Source: an uncultured delta proteobacterium
GTDB taxonomy: Bacteria > Desulfobacterota > Desulfuromonadia > Desulfuromonadales > BM103
Direction: 5' to 3'
Assembly: GCA_963715335.1 (NCBI GenBank)
Contig: CAVQRZ010000014.1
Span: 96,001-160,000, forward strand
DNA length: 64,000 nucleotides
In this document: positions 50,279 to 61,554 of the stretch, piece by piece
Layout of the letters: each line of letters starts with the position of its first letter
Position numbering within the stretch: position 1 is the stretch's first letter
Notes under the pieces: generated by a model
The model's input: the letters and a program-made list of their open reading frames with translations, nothing else
What the model was told of the DNA's origin: nothing
Database searches by the model: none
Position numbers and translations under genes: made by a program

Positions 50279-51174
50279 GGAGGGCTCGATGCAGGCGTCT
50301 GGTTTGTCCTGGGAGCGGCACTGCTCTGGGGGACCACCGGGACCGCCCAGGCATTTGCGCCCAAGGGGTTTCGACCCCGGGGTGATCGGCGCCTTGCGTC
50401 TCCTGGTCGGTGGTGGCGCAATGTTGATTTTAGTTATGCTGCAAAGTGGATTCATGCAGCTGAAAGGCTGGCCGCTAAAGACCACACTGCCGCCGCAGTT
50501 TTTACCGCACGTTACCAGCCTGCTTTTTTTCCGCTGTCGCCAGAACCGGGGTGGCCGTCGGCACGATCGTTGGTATCGGCAGCGCTCCGGTGATCGGCGG
50601 GATTCTTGGTTAGCTGTTTCGCGACGAACCTCCGAGAAGGGCTTGGTTTGTTGCTACCTCTCTGGCCATGATCGGCTGTATTGCCCTGACTTCAGCGAGC
50701 GGTGGCGATGTCGCGATTGACCTGGTCGGCGTCATCCTGGCGATTTGCGCGGGTGTTGCGTATGCAGCCTATACCTTGATCATGAAGGGACTGCTTGGAA
50801 GGACATGCGCCGAATGCCGTGATGGCTGTCGTTTTCAGTCTCGGTGCTCTGATGCTTGCTCCTCTGCTGATTGGTCGCGAAATGGCCTGGTTGGCAACGC
50901 CGCGCGCATCGCTGTTGTTTTTCACCTCGGGCTGGTGACGATGGCGCTGGCTTATTGGCTTTTCACTCGCGGGCTACAACGAATTCAGGTGGCTACTGCG
51001 GTGACTTTGACCCTGGCTGAACCGATGACTGCCGGCTTGTTGGGATTGTTTGTCCTGGGAGAGCATTTGAATTCCCTCTCTTTTGTTGGCATCTCCCTGA
51101 TTGTCTCCGGATTGGCAGTTCTTGCTTTCGGCGGTCGGAGTAAACTGGAAATCCCTGCAGATTTTGCAGGTTGA
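50271..51174 (+). pseudogene. DMT/EamA transporter with multiple frameshifts
   Basis: Fragments VLGAALLWGTTGTAQ, TGVAVGTIVGIGSAP and TLTLAEPMTAGLLG lie in different frames. Confidence 0.75.
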
Positions 51175-51444
51175 CCGATAGTCGAGCAGCCGGTTTTTTA
51201 CGTATGTGAGTAAGGGCTTCAACATCTTCACTATGTGGTGGCCTTTAATGTTTTGCCCAGGTTGCTGTGCAAAATTCTGATTCAGAGCCGCTGATAAATA
51301 CTGTTGATTGATCTATTGTCCTCGATTAGGAGGATATCCGTTCCCTTGATTGTCCTGCATTGGGTTATGCTTTGGTTTCACGCAGTATTATGCCAAAGTT
51401 ATTGCTGATCTTTTGTCATAATAATTCTCAGGAGTGGAGAGCGC

Positions 51445-53089
51445 ATGAGTTTAAAAACCAAAAACACCCTGATTACTATGGCAGTTTTGTCGGCGTTGAT
51501 CCTGACGGTGGTCGGTATCACCTATCGCAGTACCCAGGTGATTATCGAGGAAACCATTGTCGAACATCAGTTGGCGATCACGACAGATGTCAGCAAGACA
51601 ACAGAGTTGTGGTTGAATCAGCAAATGAGAATTCTTGACGCTACGGCAGCGTCGGTTTCTCTGCATGGTCTTGGTAACAATCCAGAGACGTTGAGCCTAT
51701 TGAAAATGGCCATGAAGGCAGGGCATTTCAGCGATGTCTATATTGGTCTGACGAACGGTGAATTGATTGATGGTGCAGACTGGCCGCCACCAGACGGGTA
51801 TGATCCCAGGAAACGCCCTTGGTACGAGCGTGCCGTGGAGATGGGTCACACTGCGTTCACGACACCCTACATCGACTTTGTCACCATGGAACTGGTGATT
51901 GCTCTGGTGACGCCATTGTCTGTGGAGGGTCGTTTTGTCGGTGTGATGGGCGCTGATACTGTTCTCGACACATTGGTTGATAACCTCATGAGCGTCAAGG
52001 TCGGCGAAACAGGCTATGCGTTCATTGTTGAGAGCGATGGCACCATTCTGGTTCATCCGAACCAGGAGTTCGTCATGAAAATGAAATTACAGGAAACAGA
52101 GCCGAACCTTGCTGGTGGCCTTGACCTGTTGCAACAATCTTCTTCCGGGGCTATTACCTATCAGGACCAACAGAGCGGGCTGGACAACATTCTCGCCTAT
52201 AAAAAAATCACCAATACGGATTGGTTCCTCTGTAGGGACTGAGTTTGCCGCTGAAGTTGGCTTAAAGATTCTTCGCCTTGACAATCAGGAATTGACACTA
52301 TCGAGTATTCGGGACATATCGAAACGCGTCAATGCAGAAAAACAACTCAGGCAGGCTCAAAAAATGGCGGCCATGGGAGAGATGCTTGGCGCTATCGCTC
52401 ATCAGTGGCGTCAACCCCTGAATACCCTGTCGACCTATATTGCTAGCCTGCAGGCGGCTTATTTCAATAACAAGATCAATGAAACCTTTGTGCAGAAGCT
52501 GACCTCTGAAGCTGATTCACAGATTCAGTTTATGTCAAAGACCATCGATGACTTCCGGCTTTTTTTCCGGCCGAGTAAAAGCAAGGTTCCCTTCGACATC
52601 GTTGATGCTATCGACAGTGCCGTTAAGTTGATGCAAGCCCAGTTAAAGCAGAGCGAAGTCGACCTGAAGATCAACTTCGCAGAGGTTAAAGAACCACTCG
52701 TTGTGTACGGCTATCAAAGTGAATTTGTGCATGTACTTGTGAATATCCTCGCTAATGCCAGAGATGCTATTGACGAAAGGGCTTCGCAGGAGACAAATGG
52801 TTTACCTCGCCTGATTGAAATTGATATCATCAGTAACCATGCTGAGGTTGTTATTTGTGTCAAAGATTACGGTTGTGGCATCCCTGAACCTTTGCTGGCC
52901 AAAGTGTTTGACCCTTACTTTACAACGAAGGCCACTTTGTCCGGGGCAGGAATCGGTCTCTATATGGCAAAAATTATTGTCGAAAAAGAGATGAGTGGGG
53001 TTTTGTCAGTCAAGAACACTGAAATAGGTGCCGAATTTACTCTTCGGTTGCCAAAGGCTGAGTTAAAAAAGAAAGATGAAGGTGTGTAA
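51445..53089 (+). pseudogene. dCache sensor histidine kinase, interrupted near 52235 (middle part missing)
   Basis: YDPRKRPWY...TTPYIDF dCache motif in 51445-52242; AHQWRQPL H-box and GAGIGL in 52109-53089; no second TM/HAMP between them. Confidence 0.75.
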
Positions 53090-54498
53090 TGTTGGATTTA
53101 AGCAGGCAAAATCCTCATGTCGTTTTGGTGGATGATGAACAATCTGAATTGGATGCGTACAGTTTCCTTCTAGAGTCGATGGGAGTCAGGAAGGTTACGG
53201 CACTCTCCGATAGCCGCCAGGTCCTGAAAGCTTTGCAGCACATCCCCGGTCCGATTGTCTTTCTGGATCTTAATATGCCGCATATGACCGGCCAGGAAGT
53301 GCTGCGTGCGATCAAGGAGAAGCACCCTCATGTCCCGGTGATCATTCTGACCGCAAACTCGGAAATCGAATCTGCCGTGGAATGCCTGAAATTGGGTGCG
53401 CACGATTATCTGATCAAACCCATCAGCATGTCTACGTTTGGCTCAGCTTTACGCAATGCCCTGGAAATAGGCTCGTTACGCAATGAAGTGATGTCACTCA
53501 AGGGCATCCCTTTCGGTGGTAGGCCGACGCACTCGGCATTTTCCGGAATCGTGACACAAAATGCCGTGATGGTGGAAATTTTCCAATACGTCGAGGCCAT
53601 TGCCGAAAGTAGCCAGCCGACTCTTATTCTGGGGGAAACAGGCTCCGGAAAGGAGTTGTTGGCGAAGGCCGTCCATGAGGTGAGTGGTGTGCATGGAGAA
53701 TTTGTTGCGGTGGATGTTTCTGGATTGGATGATACGCTTTTTTCGGACACGCTCTTTGGACATTCGAAAGGTGCTTATACCGGTGCGGACAAACCTCGCT
53801 CAGGCCTGCTCGAAATGGCTCAGGGAGGAACAATCTTTCTCGATGAGATCGGCGACTTGAGTGAAGTTTCACAGGTAAAGTTGTTGCGGTTGTTGCAGGA
53901 AGGTCTCTACTATCCGCTAGGGGCGGACCAACCGAAGAAAAGTCGGGCACGTATCATTGCCGCCGCCAATAAGGATCTGCAGAAGTTGGCTGGTCAGTCG
54001 GGCGGTTTCCGTATGGACCTGTATTACAGGCTCAGTACGCACTTGATCAAAATCCCCCCTCTTCGGGATCGACGTGAGGACATTCCTTTACTGGTCAGGA
54101 AATTGGTTGCGGATGCAGCCGACAGCATGAATAGAAAAACGCCTTTGGTCAGCAAGGAGGCGATGCACCTCCTCTTACGACACCCTTTTTATGGCAATAT
54201 CAGAGAGCTTAAGACTTACTTGTATGATGCCGTGGCTCGTTGTGGCAATGTCGAAATTCCGCGAGAGCTGATCGCTGAACGACTTGGGGGCAGTATCCCT
54301 GACTCCGCCGCCGCTCTCCCTGGGTCCAACCCTCTGGGAAAGTTGTTCGGACAGTTCCCTTCACTTGAGGAGTTGGTGAACTTTGCCATTGCTGAGGCCC
54401 TGGCTATAACCTCAGACAACCAGGCTCAGGCTGCCAGGCTACTTGGCATCTCTAAACAGGCCTTGCACAAACGCTTGAAGAAGCGGGCTCAGAAATAG
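53089..54498 (+). CDS. Sigma-54-dependent response regulator
   Basis: REC (VDDE, DLNMP), GETGSGKE, GAYTGA, HTH QAARLLGIS. Confidence 0.93.
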   Translation: MLDLSRQNPHVVLVDDEQSELDAYSFLLESMGVRKVTALSDSRQVLKALQHIPGPIVFLDLNMPHMTGQEVLRAIKEKHPHVPVIILTANSEIESAVECLKLGAHDYLIKPISMSTFGSALRNALEIGSLRNEVMSLKGIPFGGRPTHSAFSGIVTQNAVMVEIFQYVEAIAESSQPTLILGETGSGKELLAKAVHEVSGVHGEFVAVDVSGLDDTLFSDTLFGHSKGAYTGADKPRSGLLEMAQGGTIFLDEIGDLSEVSQVKLLRLLQEGLYYPLGADQPKKSRARIIAAANKDLQKLAGQSGGFRMDLYYRLSTHLIKIPPLRDRREDIPLLVRKLVADAADSMNRKTPLVSKEAMHLLLRHPFYGNIRELKTYLYDAVARCGNVEIPRELIAERLGGSIPDSAAALPGSNPLGKLFGQFPSLEELVNFAIAEALAITSDNQAQAARLLGISKQALHKRLKKRAQK

Positions 54499-54517
54499 CC
54501 TGTACCGGAAGCCATGC

Positions 54518-54552
54518 GTCAACCATGGTTTCCCTCGTCAACCATGGTTGAC
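54518..54552. promoter_or_regulatory. Tandem palindromic enhancer GTCAACCATGGTTGAC
   Basis: GTCAACCATGGTTTCC (54518-54533) and perfect GTCAACCATGGTTGAC (54537-54552), 19 bp apart. Confidence 0.7.
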
Positions 54553-54649
54553 GTCAATGGTTTACTTTTTCACCCGTTTGCAACCCCATATCTTCTTCAC
54601 GTCTTGTGAAAATCAATTAAATCAGTATGTTGTTTTATTCTTCTGCGTC

Positions 54650-54664
54650 TGGCACACGTGTTGC
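54650..54664 (+). promoter_or_regulatory. Sigma-54 promoter
   Basis: TGGCAC-ACGTG-TTGC. Confidence 0.85.
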
Positions 54665-54811
54665 TCTATACCCTTGCTCTATAACGTATTGAGTCAGTCT
54701 GTCGAGTAAATTTTTACGTGATCGATGCTTAATTCATTATGTGAGTCATCGATAAGACCGATGGCGTTATTTAACTCTCCGCTGATGCGGACACAGAGGA
54801 AGGAGTCAGGT

Positions 54812-56044
54812 ATGAAGATGTTGAAACATTTGGTTGTTCCCGTTTTAGCCCTTGCAATGGTTGCGGGCACTTGCGGTGTAACCCAGGCAGAAACGAAAAC
54901 CGTGAAGATCGGTAACATCATCCCCTTGTCAGGGCCCTCGGCATCAGTTGGCATCCAGGGCAAGCAGGCCCGTGAGATGGCCCTGGAGGAAATCAACAGC
55001 TCGGGCGGGATCAAATCTCTCGGTGGCGCCAAACTGGAATTGCTCTTTGCCGATAGCAAAAGTGATCCGACCACCGGTGTTACAGAAGCCGAGCGTATGA
55101 TCAACTCCGAAAAAGTTCATCTGTTAACCGGATGCTGGAATTCAGCCGTTACCTATCCGACCACTCAGGTTGCTGAGCGCTATGGGATTCCCTTCATAGT
55201 GCCTGTATCGGTTCGCGACACCATTACAGAGCGCGGCTTCAAGTATGTTTTCCGCATTGCTGCAAAAGATGGCTGGTGGGCGAAAGACCAGTTCCTGTTT
55301 CTGGACGACATGAAGAAAGAGTTCAATGTTGATGTAAAAAAAGTTGCATTTGTTTATGAAAATGGCACTGTGTAGTCGGTTTTGCTGAGAAGTGGGTGGC
55401 GCTTGCAAAGAGCGTGGATACGAGGTTGTTCTTAACGAGCTTATTTCAGCACCGCCAGCGATCTGACTTCTGTTGTCATCAAGTTGAAGCGTGCAACTCT
55501 GATGTAGTCTTTATGACGTTCAATGCAGCAGATGCGATTCTGCTGATCAACACTATGGACGAAATGCGCGTCAACGTAAAGGCGATCATTTTCAGCGGTG
55601 GCGGTCATGCTGATTTGTTCTTTCTGAAAGCGGACGGGAAAAATGCGATTATCTGTTCGATATCGTAGAGTGGGAAACTGATCTTAATCGTCTCGGTCTC
55701 AAAAGATCAACGATAAGTACAAGAAGCTCTACGGCAGCAACATGAATGGTGAGTCGGTCGATGCATATGCTGCCATGTATGTCATCAAGGAAGCTCTGGA
55801 GAAGGTCGCTTCGATCGATCCGGCTGTATTGCGCAAGATTCTTGCAGAGATCAAGGTCTGTGGTGGCAAAACGGGTATTCTGGCTTACGATTGTGTAGAA
55901 TTTGACGAAACAGGGCAGAATAAAAACGCCAGTCTGGTTATAGTTCAGACTCGTGCTAACGGAGACGAGATGGATCGTATTACCGTCTGGCGAATAATGT
56001 CGTGGGCAGGATACACTTATGTATTAACACAATCAGAGAAGTAG
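54812..56044 (+). pseudogene. LIV-type ABC substrate-binding protein, frameshifted
   Basis: Signal peptide, KIGNIIPLSG, EEINSSGGIKSLGGAKL, ITERGFKYVFR; the C-terminal half is spread over several frames. Confidence 0.75.
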
Positions 56045-56165
56045 AAAGCATGATTGTCGCGGGACGGAAAACTTTTTTCGTTCCGCTTCTTTGGTTTCTG
56101 ATGCGGAAATCGAACAGCGGTCATCTCTCTTTTCGGCTGGTTGTTTTGGTATTTAAGGAGTCTGA

Positions 56166-56202
56166 ATGTTAGGCATTATCGAGGCATTGATTAACGGTAT
56201 GT
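56166..56202 (+). pseudogene. N-terminal fragment of a LivH-like permease
   Basis: AAGGAG RBS, then MLGIIEALINGM before the sequence degenerates into an AT tract. Confidence 0.45.
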
Positions 56203-56726
56203 TGATGTTTTATTTATTTTTAATTAGTTTATGATATTATATTGTATAATTGATAATTTAGTATTATAATTATGATTGATTTTTGAGATTAATGTTGTTA
56301 AATAATTAATTATTATATGAATTATATGTTGATTTATGTTTTTATTAGTTAATTAATGAATTGGATATTAATGATTTTTGAATAAATATTAGGAGTATAT
56401 TTATTATAGTAAAATTGAATATATAGTAATGAAATTAGATAATGTTTTTAAAGAATATATTGTAAAAATAATAATAAATTTTTGATTATTATTTTTAACC
56501 CTGGGCATCTTGGTGCTTGGTGAACAGCTCAACGGACAGGCTCTAACCGGGATCAGCCTGATTTTTTTATTTATAATATTATTTTTTATATATAATAAAA
56601 TTATTTAAAATATAAAATATTAATTTTATTTTAATTAATAATAATATTATAAATAAATTATAAAATTTTAAAAATTATAATAATATAATATATATAATAT
56701 TTTTTTTAAAATATATTTAAATTAAA
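56196..56726. other. Low-complexity tract (C-free, then A/T-only) enclosing a short DMT-coding island; probable assembly artefact
   Basis: No C in 56196-56498; only A/T in 56561-56726; 56498-56566 encodes TLGILVLGEQLNGQALTGISLIF. Confidence 0.7.
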
Positions 56727-56758
56727 GATGTAAAAAAAAAAAGAATTTGATTAATAAA

Positions 56759-56992
56759 ATGAAAGAAATTGAAAATAAAATTAAACTTGTTGGCGTATTT
56801 TGTATGAAAGATTCAAAAAAAATATTCTGGAATATGCTTCCGGTATTAAGTTGTGGAGGTTATTGATAATCTCACAGTTGCCTAAAGATGTTCTTGGTAT
56901 TATTCTCATCAATGGTGTGCATGCCGGTGAACAAGATCATTCTCAAAGATGGTGATACGCTGTCGATACTTCCTTTGCTGGATGGTGGTTGA
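56759..56992 (+). pseudogene. MoaD/ThiS-like sulfur carrier, frameshifted
   Basis: Fragments IKLVGVF, GIILINGVH and LKDGDTLSILPLLDGG* (terminal Gly-Gly), directly upstream of an AOR gene. Confidence 0.6.
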
Positions 56993-57060
56993 GAAAGCTT
57001 CGTTTGATTGTAGCCTGATGATGCATTAAGTATCTTATGTTCAGAATAAGGAGAGACCTG

Positions 57061-58440
57061 ATGAAGTTTTTGACAAACGATCCTGCAGCGAAACCCTCCG
57101 ACATTCTGTATAAGCGTTGTACCATTGATCTACGTACACGGTGAAAGAGCTTTGTCGACGCCCCATGTCGTAACCTTGAAGATGTGCTTGGCGGTTTTGG
57201 TCGTTCATTTCAAGACCTTGCTGAACGGAAGATTGAAAACGCCTACTGCGACGAGAACCCATTGATCGTCAACACCGGTCTGCTGACTGGAAGTAGTGTC
57301 ATGACGGGTATGCGTACCTACTTCTCCGGTTACAGTCCGATCAAAGGCTCTAAGGTGGGGCTTGCCTGCTGCAATGTGGTCGACCGGCAGCGGCAAGTTC
57401 GGCGCAAAGTTCAAATGGACCGGTCTGGATGAATTGATTTTCGAGAACCGTTCGGAACAGCCGGTCTATGTTGTGATCAAGGAAACCGAGTCCGGACCGC
57501 AGGTCGCGTTAAAGCCTGCCGAACATTTGCTCGGCCTCTCGACTCATGCCAAGATCATGGCTCTACAGAAAGAGTATGCTGACGCCCACTTTGCCGCTAT
57601 TGGTCAAGCCGGGGAGAATTGGCAGAACAACTATCATGGGCGCCGTGGCTCTTTCCACAGAGAACCAGCTCAAAGAGCATGAGGACAAGAGTCGATTCGC
57701 CGGGCGTGGCGGCATGGGCAGTCTGATGGGCTATAAGAACATCCTTGCTCTGGTGGCGCAAAGCAGCGACAAGCTGAAACCCTTATCCGAAGCGGTGAAG
57801 AAAGTTAATGTCAACGTCATCAAGGGGGGAGGTTCGGCTCGCATTCAGCCGATGAGTCGTGGCGGCGGCGGCGGAACCTGGGCCGCCTACGATGTTCTGC
57901 AGGAATTTCACGCGGTGCCGGTCAATAATTTCCGCCCGCAAGGAAATGCATCTGCCGGAGAAGCTGTTTCGCGAAAATGTTGAAAAAGAGTACGACATCA
58001 AGTCGCAGGCCTGCTATCGCTGCGGCATCACCTGTCACAACAATATCTCCGAGAAGAATGCCGACGGCAGCAAGGGCGAGTTTCTGGCCAAGTTTGACTA
58101 CGAGCCGCTCAACCTGCTCAGCACCAATATCGGCATTCACGATGCCGGTCAGGCTGCACGACTGATTCAGCTAGGTGACAACTACGGCATGGATGCTATT
58201 TCTCTGGGTGTACCATCTCTTATGCCTTGTCGTACAACGAACGGCATCCGCAGGCAACGATTCTCAACGGCGCGACCTTTGGTGATTACGAAAAGATTCG
58301 CGAACTGATCATTCAGGCCGGAGAGGGGACACTGCCGGAGATCGGCATGGCTCCATGCGCCTGTCGCAAAGTCTCAACGAAACCAGCTACGCTTACCATG
58401 TCAAAGGGCCTTGAGATCGCTGCGTACCAGCCGGAAACTC
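57061..58440 (+). pseudogene. Aldehyde:ferredoxin oxidoreductase (AOR family), frameshifted and 3'-truncated
   Basis: Fragments ENPLIVNTGLLTGS, YSPIK, AAIGQAGE, FAGRGGMGSLMGYKN, CYRCGITC, DYEPL, GMDAISLG, KGLEIAAYQP. Confidence 0.75.
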
Positions 58441-58555
58441 CTGTCCTGCCGGGCTGGTCGTGCTGATTGTCAGGCGCCCGACTGGCGGGTAGCAACCGTC
58501 TCCAGGAGTGTCCACAAACCCGTGAGACCTTCAGGATATGGTTTTTCGCCAGGCG

Positions 58556-60568
58556 TTATTCGAGTCCGCTTTGGTTTTCATGCAAGGCATACAGAGCGGT
58601 TTCAATATAACTTAATAATTCTTTGGTCATACGCTCTTTTAATTGAACGTCGTCAATCGCCTGATACGCCGGTTCCGGTTTTAGCGTGTAACGACCCAAC
58701 CTCGCTTGAACATCAGGCTGTTTGACCAGGATCGTATCCCCTCTCAACATGGCAACGGTCTGGTCGCTCCCTGACGGTTTTATAATTCCAAACCCTTCAT
58801 CAGATGGGTCCAGCGCGAGGATATCCCTACCCCAGGACTGGTGGGTAAACGGTTTGCCAAGTAAACCGAGTATCGTGGGGATAACATCCACCTGGGTTGC
58901 AACAGTTGTTATGCTTTGACCAAATTCCTGCGTCAGTCCGGGGGCAATTAAAAGCAAGGGGACGTGAAACCTCAGCAGGTCGATATCAGAGATCTGCGGC
59001 TTTACGCCAAAGCCATGGTCCCCGAGAATTACGAAGAGCGTTTCATCGTAAAAAGGTTTGTGTCTGATGGCTTTAAAAAACTCTCCCAATGCCCAGTCTG
59101 AATATCTCATTGCGGTTAAATGTTCTGAATATTCACCCATGTCAGTCACTGCTGGAACGGGCAGGCTCTCCGGCAATGCATAGGGTGTATGATTGGACAA
59201 TGTCTGCACCATGGCAAAGAAGGGTTGCGCGGAGTCTATTTTGTCCAGTTCCTCAACGGCCCTGGAGAACATGTCTTCGTCGGAAACCCCCCAGGTTCGG
59301 TCCTGGAACTTGGGGTTGACATAATCGTGACGGCCGACAAAATTGGTTAGGCCCTGGTTGCGGAAAAACCCCTCCTGGTTATCCCAGGTAAAATCCCCGT
59401 TGTAGATATAAACGTCGTTGAACTTTTCCCTTTTCAATAAGGCCGGCAAGCCTGAGAAGGCGTTCCCCCCTTGCGGTTGTTGCATCAGGTATTCAAATCC
59501 GGGGAGATTGGGGAAGCTTGCGAAAGTCGCAAAGACACCCTGGTGGGTATGGGTGCCATTGGAGAAAAATTTCTCGAACAGCAACCCCTCTTTGGCAATT
59601 TTGTCAAATTCTGGAGTTATGCCGTAGTCATGGCCCAGGGCACCAACAAATTTGCCACTGAAGCTTTCCATTAAAATAACGACGACATTCTTTATGTTGT
59701 TGTTAACAGGAGACGTTTGCGGCTGGGATCTGCGTAAGATTTTGCGTGTCTCTGGTCTAAGTAAAACATCTCTTTCGGTTAAGATCATTTGCCTGGTTGT
59801 CTCCAGGGCTTCTCCTGCGGGGTACGAGCTTAACCATTTCTCCCCCTTGGCTTCATTGGATGCGTTCTCTGCCGCTTTTATAATGGTAAAGGTCCCGTTT
59901 AAAGCCAGATGGTTGGCAAACAGATGAGGGCTGTGAAAAGCATCTCCCCAACGCAGGGGGGGACCCGACCGGATTGTTGCACCCCTGGAACCGATGACCA
60001 ACAGCGCCAAGACCAAAACCGTTGTGGACATTCTTAGCAGGAATGGAGTGGGTTTCACGACATCGGGGGTGGTCAGTTTCGCAATGAATTTTAGGGCATA
60101 AATATAGATTCCTACCAGGACGGCCCACAGGAGCAGGTAGCGAACGACAGGAAAACCATTCCAGATCATGCTGCTTACCGTGGCGGCGTCTTCTTGTAAA
60201 TAATGAAAGGCGATACTGTTCAGGCGATTGTGAAATTCGTGGTAAAAGTCCAGTTCGACAACGCCCAGGAATATGGTTATTGCAAAGGCTGGCATCAACC
60301 ACAGAAAGGCCATCGTTCTTTTTCCCAGGCCATTTGGTAACGCCAGTGCGATGGCGAGCGGGAAGAGAATATAACAGATGATAATCAGGTCAAATCTTGC
60401 TCCGATCAGGAAGGAAACGGCAAGGTCTGAACCGGGAACGCCTTCAAGCAGTTCATTGTTTCTGATCAGCAACAAACAACGCAAAGCAGCAAACATTAAT
60501 AGTGAAAATAACGTGACGCAAAACAAGTAGCAAACATCGTAGGCCGTTTTTCCCATCTTTAGCTTCAT
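58556..60568 (-). CDS. LTA synthase (LtaS)-family membrane sulfatase/phosphotransferase
   Basis: N-terminal TM helices; NVVVILMESF, NGTHTHQG (Thr nucleophile region), TLSNHTPY, GDHG. Confidence 0.88.
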   Translation of the reverse strand: MKLKMGKTAYDVCYLFCVTLFSLLMFAALRCLLLIRNNELLEGVPGSDLAVSFLIGARFDLIIICYILFPLAIALALPNGLGKRTMAFLWLMPAFAITIFLGVVELDFYHEFHNRLNSIAFHYLQEDAATVSSMIWNGFPVVRYLLLWAVLVGIYIYALKFIAKLTTPDVVKPTPFLLRMSTTVLVLALLVIGSRGATIRSGPPLRWGDAFHSPHLFANHLALNGTFTIIKAAENASNEAKGEKWLSSYPAGEALETTRQMILTERDVLLRPETRKILRRSQPQTSPVNNNIKNVVVILMESFSGKFVGALGHDYGITPEFDKIAKEGLLFEKFFSNGTHTHQGVFATFASFPNLPGFEYLMQQPQGGNAFSGLPALLKREKFNDVYIYNGDFTWDNQEGFFRNQGLTNFVGRHDYVNPKFQDRTWGVSDEDMFSRAVEELDKIDSAQPFFAMVQTLSNHTPYALPESLPVPAVTDMGEYSEHLTAMRYSDWALGEFFKAIRHKPFYDETLFVILGDHGFGVKPQISDIDLLRFHVPLLLIAPGLTQEFGQSITTVATQVDVIPTILGLLGKPFTHQSWGRDILALDPSDEGFGIIKPSGSDQTVAMLRGDTILVKQPDVQARLGRYTLKPEPAYQAIDDVQLKERMTKELLSYIETALYALHENQSGLE

Positions 60569-61122
60569 TGCTGTCCCTTTTAATTCTCTATGGTTCTTTT
60601 GTAAAATTTATAACGGTTAGATCCATTGCGGCCACAGGGTCTCTTTATGAGGGCGGATGGAGACAATCCCTGTTCTGCCCCTGAAAGTGCCGCTTCGATA
60701 GCGCATCATGAACATCAGTGGCGGCGACTATTAAGTAAACCTTCTCAACAGCATGTCAAGATATTTGCATCTCCCGTGGGTTATTCTGCATGTCTTTGGT
60801 GAGCATTACGATCTCAACGCGCAGACCTTGCAGAACCTGGGGCGAAAAATTCATCTCTGGAAGTTATTTCCCAAGGGTCATGCGGGTTCTGCTGGCCGTC
60901 ATTCTCAACGATGGATTACGAAACCCCGTTAGTTTGTCACTCCGGTCGAAATTGTAAACTGTTGTTCCCTGATCAATCTATTTTTGAAATTTTCCCTTCG
61001 CGGTGTAAAAAAAGTTGGCGTCCTGCCAGCCCTTCCCGAATGTGACGTACAGATATTTGTACAATTTTTCGGCGTGGATTTTTGAAAAACAATAAATCCG
61101 GCCAGTTACGCGCATGGCATGA

Positions 61123-61201
61123 TGTCCGACTGATTCGGAAATGTGGCAATTGCAGCCTATCGTGTCCGACTGATGCAGAAATTTTCAATTGCAGTCTATC
61201 G
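61123..61201 (+). repeat. Imperfect ~40-bp tandem duplication
   Basis: TGTCCGACTGATTCGGAAATGTGGCAATTGCAGCCTATCG followed by TGTCCGACTGATGCAGAAATTTTCAATTGCAGTCTATCG. Confidence 0.75.
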
Positions 61202-61554
61202 CCGGGGGATTGTCACTTGACACTGTACCTGAATGTACCGCTTTTTGTACAAATTACCCAAGATGATAGCTGATGGGATGCGATTGGAGCAGCAGCGATG
61301 AAGATTGTGGAACAGGCAGGATACAAGGTTGCCTGGTTGACTGGAAAAGATGAGGCGTCGCTGACGTTCAGCAGGCCAGTCTGCATGACATCAATCAATT
61401 TTCGCGCCACCAGGCTTGCTGGGAGCAGATGCATTGGCAACAGTTCCTGGATGAGTATCAAACCGCTTTGTCCGCAGCCAGGGTCGGCGCAAGTTGTCGC
61501 CGAGGTAAGGGAACCAATGCGCAACAGAAGTCTTTTTCAGGAGAACACAAAGAA

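Noticed and set aside
56196..56760. Replication origin or foreign AT-rich island
   Set aside because: No DnaA boxes, iterons or ORFs; complete absence of C (or of G and C) points to an artefact.
61123..61201. CRISPR array
   Set aside because: Only two adjacent imperfect units, no spacer and no cas genes.
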